Positions 24,440 through 35,201 are shown, counted from the first letter of the stretch. The stretch: DNA of 64,000 nt from an uncultured Clostridia bacterium (GCA_947623465.1 CANQGU010000002.1:42818-106817); one strand, 5' to 3'. The notes: generated from the sequence alone by a model not told the origin. Program-made: numbers and translations.

Positions 24440-24916
24440 ATGAAAAATGGTCTAAAAAAATTATTAAAATTTTTTTGTGTTTTTATATTAATAATATTAA
24501 CTATATTATTGATAAATATACTATTGTCACATGATAGAAGAATTTTAAAAGGATACTATAAAAAAGACGATTATAGTGAACAACACCCTTATAGAGGTTA
24601 TGTTGATTATTATAAATATTATTATACTGAAAATAATGATACTGATTTCCAAAATTCAAAATTATATACAAAAGTTGGGAGCGAGAATATTGAAAAACTA
24701 AAATTATATTTTGAAGATTTTAAAGGTTGGATGGAAGCAAGTAAAAGATTATCAGATTATGATTTTGATACATCAATTATAGATGAAAATGATTATTTTG
24801 TACTTAGTTCTGATACCCCAAATGATAATATGGGACCTGAAAAGCTTTATCAATATAACATTGCATTTTATGATATAAATTCACATATTTTATATATAAT
24901 TAGCTTTAAAAATTAA
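24440..24916 (+). CDS. Hypothetical membrane-anchored protein (158 aa)
   Basis: N-terminal TM helix; RBS AGGAGG 7 nt upstream; follows Fic in the same orientation. Confidence 0.45.
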   Translation: MKNGLKKLLKFFCVFILIILTILLINILLSHDRRILKGYYKKDDYSEQHPYRGYVDYYKYYYTENNDTDFQNSKLYTKVGSENIEKLKLYFEDFKGWMEASKRLSDYDFDTSIIDENDYFVLSSDTPNDNMGPEKLYQYNIAFYDINSHILYIISFKN

Positions 24917-24940
24917 AAAATTATTTATTATATAAACTAT

Positions 24941-24980
24941 ATTTCGACCATTTTTTCAATATCGATAAAATGGTCGAAAT
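24941..24980. terminator. Bidirectional hairpin terminator (atttcgaccatttt ... aaaatggtcgaaat) between convergent genes
   Basis: 14-bp perfect inverted repeat. Confidence 0.55.
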
Positions 24981-24988
24981 TAATTATA

Positions 24989-27548
24989 TTAAATAAACTT
25001 TTTATAAACCTCCATAACAATTAACAATGGTATAGTATACAAAAACAACATCCCTGCATTTTCAAGTGAAATTGTTGTAAGATTAAAAAAGCTTGCTAAT
25101 GCACCTTTTGTTACTATTATTAGTTGTATAAGAGAAGTCACAACTATTGAAATAATTAAAAACCTGTTATTTAGTCCTGATATTTCAAATATTGATTTTG
25201 TTTCAGATCTACAATTAAAAATTTGTATATTTTCCATAAATACCATAAGTGTTAAAAGAAAAGTTCTTGTTAAAATAATATCAAACCCTTTTATTTTATA
25301 TAAATACAAATAAAAAATGAATTCAATAATTGCCATTAAAATAGATGATATTGCAATTTCTTGTATCATTAATTTATCAAACACTTTTTGTCCTTTTATT
25401 TTCTTTTTCATTACATTTTCTGTGTCTTTTTCAAATGCTAAAGCATCTCCTTGAATACCATTTGTTATTAAATTTAGCCATAAAAGCTGAATTGCAGTTA
25501 ATGGAATTGGCAAATTAAATATTATAGATAATACAAATAATATTATTTCAGAAAACCCTGTTGAAAGAAGTAAATATATTACTTTTCTTATATTGTTAAA
25601 AGCCCTTCTACCTTCTTCTACACCTTTTACAATTGTAGAAAAATTGTCATCTGCAATTATCATATTTCCTGTTTCTTTTGCTATATCTGTTCCGCTTCCC
25701 ATTGCAATTCCTATATTTGCAGCCTTTAAGGCAGGACTATCATTTACTCCATCTCCTGTAACTGCAACAAACTCTTTCTTTTGTTTTAAGCTATTTACAA
25801 TATCTAATTTTTCCATTGGTGTAACTCTTGAATAAATTTTATTTATTCCTATTCTTTCTCCTATAACTTCAGCTGTGCTTTTTTGGTCTCCTGTTATCAT
25901 TATTGTTGTTATTCCTGCTGTTTTACACATATTTACTGCATCTGTTACACCTTCTCTTATAGGGTCAACAAATCCTACTAAACCTAAAAAGGTAAGTTCT
26001 TTTAAATCTTTTTCTTCATATTCTTTTTTATCTTTTAAAAATTTATTTTTAGAACTTGCAAGACCAATTACTCTAAATCCATCTTTTGCAAGCTGTTCAT
26101 TTTGTTTTAATATTTTTTCTTTATCTAATTTTTCTTGTTTTCCATTTATATTCATGTATTTGCAAAACTCTAAAATCCTCTCAGGTGCTCCTTTTACAGT
26201 TGCATTTATTTTTTCATTTTCTTTATAAAATACTGCTGAATATTTTAAAGATGGTTCATATTGAATTCTATATTCTATTTTTGATGTATCTTTAATTGGC
26301 ATTTTCATACCTAAAGCCAAAAATGCTATATCTATTGCATCTCCTGAGTGAAACCATTTATTGTCTTCAAATTTTAAAATAGCTTCATTATTTATAAATC
26401 CCATTTTTGTAATTTCTCTTATTTCATTTTCATCTTCTTTATCATACTTAATTTCTCCTAAGTCATTGTAGCCAATTCCTCTTACATATGCTTGTTTATC
26501 ATTTGGCAAAACAATTTTTTTAGCTGTTTGTTCATTTGCAGTTAAAGTTCCTGTTTTATCTGTTGCAATTACTGTACAACTTCCTAAACTTTCTACTGCA
26601 TTTAATTTTTTTACAATAACTTTTTTCTTAGCCATTTTATTTGATGCAATAGAAAGTACTATTGTCATTGCAATAGTTAAGCCCTCTGGAATTGCTGATA
26701 CAGTAAGTGCTATTACACTTGAAAATATATCTGAAATTGTATAATTTTTTATATAAAGTATTATTGATAATATAATTGCTAAAAAAACAAAACCTATACT
26801 TATTTGTTTAGAAAACTTCTCCATTTTTATAACTAATGGAGATTTTGTATTTTCTGAAAGAAGCACATTTTCTGCGACTTTTCCAAATTCTGTGTGTTTT
26901 CCTATTCCTATAACTACTCCTTTTCCTCTACCATTTGTTACAACTGTTCCTGCATATGCTATATTTGCTCTTTCTGCTAATTCTGTATCTTTGTTTAAAG
27001 TTTCAGTATTTTTATTTTTAGAGTTTGTTTCTCCGAGTTAATATAGATTCATCTATTTGTAATTTTTTTGCATCTATTAATCTTAAATCTGCAGGAATTT
27101 TACAGCCTGATTCTAAATCTACAATATCTCCTATTACTACTTCTTCTGAAGGAATTTCTTGAATTACTCCATCTCTTAAAACCTTGGTTTTTATTTTTAT
27201 CATATTTTGCAATTTCTCTGCACTTTTTTCTGAGCTCCATTCTTGGTATGTTCCAATAATTGCATTTATAAATATAACAATTAATATAAATGTACAATCT
27301 GCTTTGCTATTTGTTAATATTGCAAAAACTGCTGCTATTATTAAAATAAGTATAATTGGGCTTTTAAATTGATCTATAAAAATATTCAAAATTGTTTTTT
27401 TCTTAAATTTTGGAATTTCATTTTTACCATTTGACAATAACCTTTGATTGGCTTCTTTAGAACTCAGTCCATCTTTACTTGTATTAAATTTTTTTAATAC
27501 ATTTTCTATATTTTGGTCCCACATAAAAAATCTCCTATACTTTCTCAT
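24989..27548 (-). CDS. P-type cation-transporting ATPase (Ca2+/PMCA-SERCA-like, P2 type); reading frame broken at ~27034 inside the TGES actuator motif. ORF-track pieces 27018-27548 and 24989-26866 are one gene.
   Basis: DKTGTLT phosphorylation motif, GDGVNDSPALK hinge and N-terminal cation-ATPase domain. The upstream piece ends ESILTRRNKL*, whereas deleting one C restores ESILTGETNSKN... running into the downstream ORF. Confidence 0.8.
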
Positions 27549-27641
27549 AACACAGATTTTTTATATGTTTAGCACAAATAAAAAATCTCCTTTTTGCTTA
27601 TTATCTACAAAAAAGAGATTTTTATAACTTTTATTATTAAC

Positions 27642-28697
27642 TTAATTTATAACCCATTCCCCATTTTTCTTTCCGTTTTTTCTTTCTATTAAACCCTTTT
27701 CTTGCATCTGCATCATATATGTTTTTACTGTTCTTAAGGATTTATTAATTTGAAGCGCTATTTCTTCTTGGGTTGTTGCGGGATTTGTTTTTAATATATT
27801 TAAAATAACTTGTTCTTCTAAAGTGCAATTTTTGCACTTTAAATTTGCATTATCTGCACTTTGAATATTATCTATATGTGTGTATCTATTTTTTAATTCA
27901 TTATTAGCATTTGTTAGTAAATTATAAAAAAATTTTTCTAAAAAAGATGTATCTTCAAATATGTTCTTTTCAAAGTTTTTATAATTAGCTCTTACTAAGG
28001 AATTTCTAAAATACCATGAATTTTCAGCAAATACTTCATCATTTATATTAAATCCAAAAGTTCTTAAATATTTTATAATAAAAACTGCTGTAGTTCTTGT
28101 ATTTCCCTCACAAAATGGATGTATTTGCCATATGTTGGATGTAAATCTACATAAGTGTTTTATCGCTTCATCTATACTTAAATCTTTATATGAAAAATTT
28201 TTTTCTTGTTCTAAATCATATTCTATAGTTTCTTTTATAGTCTCAAATGGTGCATATATTACTGTATCTCCATTTAATACCCATTCTTTTTTAGTAAAAT
28301 TATAATCTCTATATACTCCTGCTCCATCAAATATATCTCTAAATAATCTTTTATGAATATTTAATAGCTCTGCCTCTGAAAAATTAAATGCTTTTTCATT
28401 TAATATTTCTGCTATTCTTACTGCAACTTTATCTGCTTCTTCATTTTCTTTTTCGAAATTTTTTCTACTGTCTTGAACTTCATAATATTCATCTATTCTT
28501 ATTTTTACTTCTTTAATATCGATACTTCCTTCGATATGTTCTTTAGCAGTTTTTATTAGATATTTTGAAGGTTTTAATCCATCTACATCTTGCAAACCAA
28601 TTGCTGTTTCCCAAGTTTTAGCTTTCTCTTGTTGATTTGGTTCGCCTTGTTTAATGTACTCTGATAATTCTAAATTCCAATTATTTTTATTATCCAT
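27642..28697 (-). CDS. Fic/Fido-domain protein with C-terminal winged-HTH DNA-binding domain
   Basis: Fic motif variant HPFCEGNTRTTAVF; C-terminal HTH (LRTVKTYMMQMQEKGLIERK). Confidence 0.75.
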   Translation of the reverse strand: MDNKNNWNLELSEYIKQGEPNQQEKAKTWETAIGLQDVDGLKPSKYLIKTAKEHIEGSIDIKEVKIRIDEYYEVQDSRKNFEKENEEADKVAVRIAEILNEKAFNFSEAELLNIHKRLFRDIFDGAGVYRDYNFTKKEWVLNGDTVIYAPFETIKETIEYDLEQEKNFSYKDLSIDEAIKHLCRFTSNIWQIHPFCEGNTRTTAVFIIKYLRTFGFNINDEVFAENSWYFRNSLVRANYKNFEKNIFEDTSFLEKFFYNLLTNANNELKNRYTHIDNIQSADNANLKCKNCTLEEQVILNILKTNPATTQEEIALQINKSLRTVKTYMMQMQEKGLIERKNGKKNGEWVIN

Positions 28698-28752
28698 TAG
28701 AAATACCTCCTACATTTCTATTATACCACTTATAAGATATAATATCAATATT

Positions 28753-28777
28753 TAAAGTGCAATTTTTGCACTTTAAA
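28753..28777. promoter_or_regulatory. Palindrome TAAAGTGCAATTTTTGCACTTTAAA directly upstream of the -35 (TTGATA-17-TATAAT) of the second Fic gene. The identical 25-mer also occurs inside that gene's coding sequence at 27819-27843.
   Basis: Exact repeat read in both places. Confidence 0.4.
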
Positions 28778-28806
28778 AGGTGAAAATTGCACTTTAAATA
28801 CTTTAA

Positions 28807-28947
28807 TTATTCTTCTATTGCTTCAAATTGAGTTTTATCTACTCCACATACTGGGCAAACCCAATTTTCTGGTAAATCTTCAAATGCTACTCCATCATTT
28901 TCTGCTGGGTCATAAATGTGACCACATATTATACATTTATATTTCAT
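28807..28947 (-). CDS. Rubredoxin (46 aa; below the ORF-track size cutoff)
   Basis: Hand translation gives [46 protein letters not shown] with two CxxCG knuckles; AGGAGGTG RBS 8 nt upstream. Confidence 0.85.
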   Translation of the reverse strand: MKYKCIICGHIYDPAENDGVAFEDLPENWVCPVCGVDKTQFEAIEE

Positions 28948-28965
28948 ATTTTTCACCTCCTATTA

Positions 28966-29898
28966 CTACAAACTCATATTAATCCCCCTTGCTACAATAC
29001 TTGACATATTATCAATTAGCTCATCTATTTCTTTAGGTGTTACTATTATATTGTAATCATTTGGGTTTAATGCTTCTTTTATTTCTTCATAATTGTCTTG
29101 ATCTTTAAGTTTATTTAAATAATCATTTGATTTTGCTTCATTTTGTAATTTTTCTATAAATAAATCTAAACAGTCATTTACCAAAACTGCACTTTCAACT
29201 ACTGTTGGAATTCCAATTGCAACTACTGGAATATTTAATGTCCTTTGAGATAGCTCTTTTCTTGTATTTCCAACACCGGCACCTGGCACGATTCCTGTAT
29301 CTGAAATTTGTATTGTGCTACTTATTCTTTCTATACTTCTTGAAGCTAAGGCATCAATTACAATTAAAAGTTTTGGTTTTATATTATTTACAATTCCTTC
29401 TAAAATTTCTAAAGTTTCAATACCTGTAGTTCCTAATACTCCTGGAGATATTGCACTTACAGGTCTTGCATTTTCGTCTATATATTGTGGTAGATATTTA
29501 ATAATATGTCTTGTTACATCAATATCATTTATAACCTTTGGTCCTAACGAATCTGGTGTAACATACATGTTTCCAAGACCTACTACTAAAACATCATCTT
29601 TAGACTGAACATGTTTATTTATTACCTCTTTAAGTTCTGTAGATAAAACTTCTGCAGATTTTTGAATTTCATCTTCTTCTGCAATTCTTAATTTTTTAAT
29701 ATCTATTGTAATATAATCCCCAATTGGCTTTCCTATGGCTTGTTCTCCATTTTGATTTGTAATTTTTACTTTAGATACTTTTAAATTTTCGTCTATTTCT
29801 TTATTTTCTGTTTCAACTCCATCAATTTCATCTAAGTTATTATTTTTCTTAAAAATGTCTCGTCTTTCTAAAGCTAAATCTGTTCTAAAATTATACAT
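28966..29898 (-). CDS. gpr: Germination protease (spore endopeptidase Gpr)
   Basis: N-terminal MxxRTDLALE motif and Gpr/HybD-like fold signatures (LVVGLGN...GIVPGAGVGNTR). Confidence 0.85.
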   Translation of the reverse strand: MYNFRTDLALERRDIFKKNNNLDEIDGVETENKEIDENLKVSKVKITNQNGEQAIGKPIGDYITIDIKKLRIAEEDEIQKSAEVLSTELKEVINKHVQSKDDVLVVGLGNMYVTPDSLGPKVINDIDVTRHIIKYLPQYIDENARPVSAISPGVLGTTGIETLEILEGIVNNIKPKLLIVIDALASRSIERISSTIQISDTGIVPGAGVGNTRKELSQRTLNIPVVAIGIPTVVESAVLVNDCLDLFIEKLQNEAKSNDYLNKLKDQDNYEEIKEALNPNDYNIIVTPKEIDELIDNMSSIVARGINMSL

Positions 29899-30014
29899 AT
29901 CAAATCCTCCTTAAAAGTATTATCTCTTTAATTTGGATTTTTTATGCAATTTTAAATTGATGATTTTTGGCTAGCAAATTACAATATTTATATCTTTCTC
30001 CTCCAAAATATTCA

Positions 30015-31676
30015 TTAAAATATTCCAACTACATTTCCATCATCATCTATATAAATATCTTCTGCTGCCGGTTTTTTTGGAAGTCCTGGCATTGTCATAA
30101 TCTTACCTAACATTACTACAACAAAACCTGCTCCATTTTTTAAAGCTACATCTCTTACTGTTATTTTAAATGGTTCTTTACATTCCAAGTTTTTTGAGTC
30201 ATCTGATAACGAATATTGTGTTTTTGCTATACATATTGGTAAAGCAGATTTTCCAAGGTCTTCTATTTGTTTTATATGTTCGTCTGCTTCAGCTAAATAT
30301 TCTACATCTTCTGCACCATATATTTTTGTTGCAACTTTTTGAATTTTCGTTTTTATAGAGTCATTATCTTCATATATAAATTTAAAGTTTTCTGGCTGTT
30401 TTGATAATTGTTCTATTTTTTGAGCAATGTCAATTGCTCCTTCTCCACCTTTCGCCCATCCTTCAACTAAGCTCATTTCTACATTTTTTTCTTCAAGTTT
30501 ACTTTTTACAAATTCTATTTCTTCATTTAAATCTGTATTAAATTTGTTTAACGCAACTATTACATTTAGTCCGAATTCATTTTTTAAATTATGTATATGT
30601 TTATATAAGTTTTCCATTCCATCATTTAATGCTTTATCATTTTGTTTAAATATGTCTTCTTTGGTAGATCCGCCATGATATTTTAATGCTTTTATTGTTG
30701 CAACTATTACTACAACATCTGGCTTTAAATCTGCTTTTCTACATTTTATGTTTAAGAATTTTTCTGCACCTAGGTCTGAGCCGAAACCTGCTTCTGTTAC
30801 AACATAATCTCCTAATTTTAAAGCTAATTTTGTTGCTCTTATTGAGTTACATCCATGTGCAATATTTGCAAAAGGTCCTCCATGAACTATAGCTGGCGTA
30901 TGCTCTAATGTTTGAACTAAATTTGGTTGTATTGCATCTTTTAAAAGAACTGTCATAGCACCTTGTGCCTTTAAATCTCTTGCATATATTGGTTTATCGT
31001 CTTCATTATAACCAATTATTATATCTCCAAGCTTTTTGTTTAAATCTTTAATATCTTTGGATAAGCATAAAATTGCCATTATTTCAGATGCAACAGTTAT
31101 ATCAAAACCATCTTCTCTAGGAGCTATTTTTGCTTCTCCAGATAAACCTGTATTTACTTGTCTTAATTGTCTATCATTTAAATCTAAACATCTTTTCCAA
31201 GTTACTCTTTTTATTTTTAATTCATTTCCAAAGTATATGTGATTATCTATCATTGCTGATAATAAATTATTTGCAGCAGTAATTGCATGAATATCCCCTG
31301 TAAAATGCAAATTTATATCTTCCATTGGAGCTACTTGTACTTTTCCTCCACCTGTTGCTCCACCTTTTATTCCAAATACAGGTCCTAATGATGGCTCTCT
31401 TAAAGCTAAAACTGCGTTTTTATTTAATTTGTTTAACCCATCAGCTATTGCTATTGAAACTGTCGTTTTTCCTTCTCCTAAAGGAGTTGGATTCATTGCT
31501 GTAACTAAAATTAATTTTCCATTTTCTTTGTTCTCTAATCTTTTAAATGCATCTTCATTAATTTTTGCTTTATATTTTCCATATTGTTCAATTTCGTTCT
31601 CATGTAATCCACATTTTGTTGCTATGGTGTTGATATTTTCAAGTTTTGTGTTTCTTGCAATTTCGATATCAGTCAC
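30015..31676 (-). CDS. fhs: Formate--tetrahydrofolate ligase
   Basis: FTHFS signatures (PTPLGEGKTT, characteristic length of 553 aa). Confidence 0.95.
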   Translation of the reverse strand: MTDIEIARNTKLENINTIATKCGLHENEIEQYGKYKAKINEDAFKRLENKENGKLILVTAMNPTPLGEGKTTVSIAIADGLNKLNKNAVLALREPSLGPVFGIKGGATGGGKVQVAPMEDINLHFTGDIHAITAANNLLSAMIDNHIYFGNELKIKRVTWKRCLDLNDRQLRQVNTGLSGEAKIAPREDGFDITVASEIMAILCLSKDIKDLNKKLGDIIIGYNEDDKPIYARDLKAQGAMTVLLKDAIQPNLVQTLEHTPAIVHGGPFANIAHGCNSIRATKLALKLGDYVVTEAGFGSDLGAEKFLNIKCRKADLKPDVVVIVATIKALKYHGGSTKEDIFKQNDKALNDGMENLYKHIHNLKNEFGLNVIVALNKFNTDLNEEIEFVKSKLEEKNVEMSLVEGWAKGGEGAIDIAQKIEQLSKQPENFKFIYEDNDSIKTKIQKVATKIYGAEDVEYLAEADEHIKQIEDLGKSALPICIAKTQYSLSDDSKNLECKEPFKITVRDVALKNGAGFVVVMLGKIMTMPGLPKKPAAEDIYIDDDGNVVGIF

Positions 31677-31846
31677 TGTAAATCACATCCTTCCATAAAT
31701 TGCTTAAAAAGAATTAAAAACTTCTTTTACTGCATTTTAAATTAATTTTTCTTTTCATATACTAACACAAAATGTCAAATTCTGCAATAATTTTTTTATC
31801 ACAAAATTTGACATTTGATTATAATTTATTTCTAAGTATTATATTT

Positions 31847-32944
31847 TTATATATTAGAATTTGAGTTACCTTGAGAATTATCATAATCTTCTTTAGAACT
31901 ATTTGAACCTGCTAGAGTATTACCTCCTTGAGTTTCATTATCAGGTTCTTTTTCCTCGCCACTTCCTGCACCCGTATTTCCTCCGGTTGTATTATTTTGA
32001 TTTACTTCTCCGCTATTTTCATTTCCTTTATTTGGTTCTACTGCACTTGGTGGATTAGAATTTCCATTTGATCCTGCAGTACTTCCTCCTGTTGGTGCAT
32101 TATTTGTTTCTGATTTACTACTTCCACTTGATTGATTAGTACTTGGTGCTGGTGCAGGTTCTTTATATGTACGCCATGGATTTCTTGAATCCGGATCTGT
32201 TGGATCCCAATTTCTACATTGTACATTTGATGCTATTTTTTTAGCAGATGGTTTTCCTAGTGGTCCCGGATTTGAAGATCCATAAAACTCTACCATTGTT
32301 CCACTTGGACAATTATTATAAATCCATATTGCATCTGCTGTTGTAAGTCTTATACATCCTGCTGATGCTTTTGTTCCTAATTTATCATACGCTACATATT
32401 TTAAACTATCTGGTGAAGCTTTTGAATATGGTACTGAATGGAATAAAATATGACCTGTAATTCTAGAACAGTATTGACCATAAACTCCTCCATTTAATTG
32501 ATGCCATCTATATTTTTGGCTCATTTTATATACTCCTGATCTTGGCGTGGCTATTCCTGTTGAACATATTATTGCTTTATATGGAACTGTATAGTTTCCT
32601 GAACTATCTTTTGTATATACGGTTATACAGTTTGCTGTATAATTTATTTTTATGTAATATGGAAAACTATTATCTTTTTTTTCTTCTTCAGTTACCTCTG
32701 TTTCTTCCGCTTCTTCGTCCCATGAAGTATCTAAGTCATTCATATCTGTATCTTGTTCTTCATTAACATCTATGTCTTCTATTTCTCCCTCAGCTACATC
32801 TGTCATATCAGAAAATGTTGCTTCTGTTGCAAAATTTTTTATATTGTTGTGTTTTACTATTGACATTCCAAAAATAGTTAAAGCTATAACGATTAATACT
32901 AGCAGAATTATTTGTACTTTTTTATAGTTACTTAAATTACTCAT
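31847..32944 (-). CDS. L,D-transpeptidase (YkuD-fold) with N-terminal TM anchor and long G/S/N-rich low-complexity C-terminal tail
   Basis: Catalytic motif HSVP...SAGCIRL; signal-anchor. Confidence 0.75.
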   Translation of the reverse strand: MSNLSNYKKVQIILLVLIVIALTIFGMSIVKHNNIKNFATEATFSDMTDVAEGEIEDIDVNEEQDTDMNDLDTSWDEEAEETEVTEEEKKDNSFPYYIKINYTANCITVYTKDSSGNYTVPYKAIICSTGIATPRSGVYKMSQKYRWHQLNGGVYGQYCSRITGHILFHSVPYSKASPDSLKYVAYDKLGTKASAGCIRLTTADAIWIYNNCPSGTMVEFYGSSNPGPLGKPSAKKIASNVQCRNWDPTDPDSRNPWRTYKEPAPAPSTNQSSGSSKSETNNAPTGGSTAGSNGNSNPPSAVEPNKGNENSGEVNQNNTTGGNTGAGSGEEKEPDNETQGGNTLAGSNSSKEDYDNSQGNSNSNI

Positions 32945-33118
32945 TTTTATCTTCCTTTTTTCTTTTTTAACATATCTATTTTACCATTTTTTTACTTTAT
33001 CGTCAATATATTATTATTTTTTTCATGCTTATTTACAAATCAAATTTTTTTAAGACATTTTCATTTACGAGTCACAATATTATTATTTTTTCATGCTTCT
33101 TTTTTTACAAAGAAAATA

Positions 33119-33979
33119 TTATGTAATTAAATTAGTTTCAATATACTTTTTAGCAATATCATAACCTTTTTTATACAAATATTCACTTTGACTTTTTTCA
33201 AGCAATCCTACCTTTTTAGTTGTTATTGTAATTAAATTGTCTATTCCTTGTAATTCATAATTTAGAAGTTCGTGTCCCATCAAATTAATTGACCTTACTG
33301 CTACTTCTATCATATTGTCACAATAGTTTTCTTTATTATTCTTAGTTTCAAAATTTATACCTAAAACTTTGTCTGCTCCAATTTGTTTTAATTCTCTCCA
33401 TGCAATATTTTCTCTTATCCCTCCATCAACTAGCTGATAATTTTTATAACTATATGGACAAAATACTCCGGGAAAGCCACAACTACTTCTTACTGCAACA
33501 TCTATTGGAGCATCAACTATATATTTTATTTCATCAGATATTGCTTTTCTTGTTTCTTTTGAAGAAAATATTATCACTTCTCCATTTTGAAGATTTACTG
33601 CAGGTATTACTATTGGCATTTTTATTTGATTCATTTTTTCTATATTATTTTCTTTGCATATATCTTTCATCGCTTTTGTTAAAATACTTCCACTATTTAG
33701 ACCATCTACAATTATTTTTCCTTTAAATATAAGACCATATATTATCTTAAATATGTTCTTTTTATCAATATATCTTAATTTATTTATGTATTTTTTTAAA
33801 ATCATATTCATTTCTTCACTTTTATACCCTAGCGCATACAAAACTGCAATTATACTTCCTGACGATGTTCCTGCAACCATATCAAATTTTATATTTTTTT
33901 CTTCCAATGCTTTTAATGCTCCTATATGTGCAAATGCTTTAATTCCTCCACCTGAAAAACATAATCCTCTTTTTGCCAT
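33119..33979 (-). CDS. Patatin-like phospholipase
   Basis: GGGxK oxyanion motif (FSGGGIKAFAHIG), GTSSG serine lipase motif and DGG catalytic Asp. Confidence 0.8.
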   Translation of the reverse strand: MAKRGLCFSGGGIKAFAHIGALKALEEKNIKFDMVAGTSSGSIIAVLYALGYKSEEMNMILKKYINKLRYIDKKNIFKIIYGLIFKGKIIVDGLNSGSILTKAMKDICKENNIEKMNQIKMPIVIPAVNLQNGEVIIFSSKETRKAISDEIKYIVDAPIDVAVRSSCGFPGVFCPYSYKNYQLVDGGIRENIAWRELKQIGADKVLGINFETKNNKENYCDNMIEVAVRSINLMGHELLNYELQGIDNLITITTKKVGLLEKSQSEYLYKKGYDIAKKYIETNLIT

Positions 33980-34069
33980 AATGTACCTCCAAAATACAAA
34001 ATTATTAATATTATATTAATTTTTTTATAATTTGGTGTATAAGAATAGTTGCAAACTTAAATTTTACTA

Positions 34070-34229
34070 AAAAGAGAGCGTATATTTATTATTTATGCTA
34101 AATCCTCCATAGCATGGTCATTGTCAAAACCTGTGGTCCCTCCCAATGAAGAATATCTTGGTTTTGACCCCTACGAAGTGATTGGAACTGTCGGATTTTA
34201 TTATAAATAATAAATATACGCTCTCTTTT
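34070..34229. repeat. 160-nt element bounded by perfect 27-bp terminal inverted repeats (aaaagagagcgtatatttattatttat / ataaataataaatatacgctctctttt) enclosing a 106-nt GC-richer core with further internal stems (gtcaaaacc/ggttttgac). Could be a MITE-like element or a structured RNA.
   Basis: Exact reverse-complement arms read directly; core composition differs from the surroundings. Confidence 0.5.
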
Positions 34230-34248
34230 AAGCTCATTTTTTACCTAA

Positions 34249-34686
34249 TTATAAATAACATTTTAGTTTTTCTACACTATCTTCTTGCATTTTTACGAAA
34301 TCATCAAGTAATGCATGAATATCTTGATTTATATCCGGATTTTGATTTAATAATCTTCTTCCTTCAATAATTCCCATATTTGTTCCATTAAGTAAAAGTT
34401 CAGATAAATTTGAATTACTTTTATCGTTCATAGCTTTCATTTGAACTCCCCACCATGTCATAACTTTATTCATAGCGCTTGTTTCATGTGGTTCTTTTTC
34501 ATAAGTGTAATTTTCGTATAAATCGTTTGCTCTCCTTGAAATATCTTTATACTTGTTGTATTCTAAGTCTAATGTCTTTTTAAAATTTTCATCTCCTACT
34601 TTTTTTACTATAAATTCTATAGCATCCATTCCCATTGTTGCACCTTTATTGACTTCATCTAATACATTTAAGTCATTTTCTTTCAT
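34249..34686 (-). CDS. Hypothetical protein (145 aa), predicted helical
   Basis: ORF with good RBS (AGGAGG); no recognisable motif. Confidence 0.4.
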   Translation of the reverse strand: MKENDLNVLDEVNKGATMGMDAIEFIVKKVGDENFKKTLDLEYNKYKDISRRANDLYENYTYEKEPHETSAMNKVMTWWGVQMKAMNDKSNSNLSELLLNGTNMGIIEGRRLLNQNPDINQDIHALLDDFVKMQEDSVEKLKCYL

Positions 34687-34809
34687 AGAAATTTCCTCCT
34701 TAAAATAATATTTTATAGTTATTGTTTACAATTTAAGGAAAAAAATACGCATTTAAAAATTTAATTAAACAAAATTTTAAAGAAATTTTCAAAAATTTGT
34801 TAAAAACTA

Positions 34810-34838
34810 TTGACAACTTAAGAAAAACATAGTATACT
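34810..34838 (+). promoter_or_regulatory. Consensus sigma-A promoter TTGACA-17-TATACT driving the tRNA cluster
   Basis: Hexamers with exact 17-nt spacing ~18 nt upstream of the first tRNA. Confidence 0.6.
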
Positions 34839-34855
34839 AACAAATGTTGATATTT

Positions 34856-34931
34856 GGTCGTTTAGCTCAGCTGGGAGAGCATCTGCCTTACAAGCAGGGG
34901 GTCATAGGTTCGAGCCCTATAACGACCACCA
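34856..34931 (+). tRNA. tRNA-Val (anticodon TAC)
   Basis: Cloverleaf with anticodon loop CTTACAA; near-identical to Bacillus tRNA-Val(UAC); 3' CCA encoded. Confidence 0.9.
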
Positions 34932-34940
34932 TATGTTTTT

Positions 34941-35017
34941 GGCCTGGTAGTTCAGTTGGTTAGAATGCCGCCCTGTCACGGCGGAGGTCGACGGTTCGAG
35001 CCCGTTCCAGGTCGCCA
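34941..35017 (+). tRNA. tRNA-Asp (anticodon GTC)
   Basis: Anticodon loop CTGTCAC; acceptor stem pairs; CCA encoded. Confidence 0.9.
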
Positions 35018-35037
35018 TTTTTTTATATACAAAATTT

Positions 35038-35113
<76 letters not shown>

Positions 35114-35123
35114 GAATTTTTAT

Positions 35124-35201
35124 GGTGGATGTAGCGCAGTTGGTTAGAGCGCCAGTTTGTGGCACTGGAGGTCGTGAGTTCGAGTCTCATCTTCCACCCC
35201 A
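35124..35201 (+). tRNA. tRNA-His (anticodon GTG) with extra 5' G(-1)
   Basis: Anticodon loop TTGTGGC; G-1 opposite discriminator C; CCA encoded. Confidence 0.8.
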
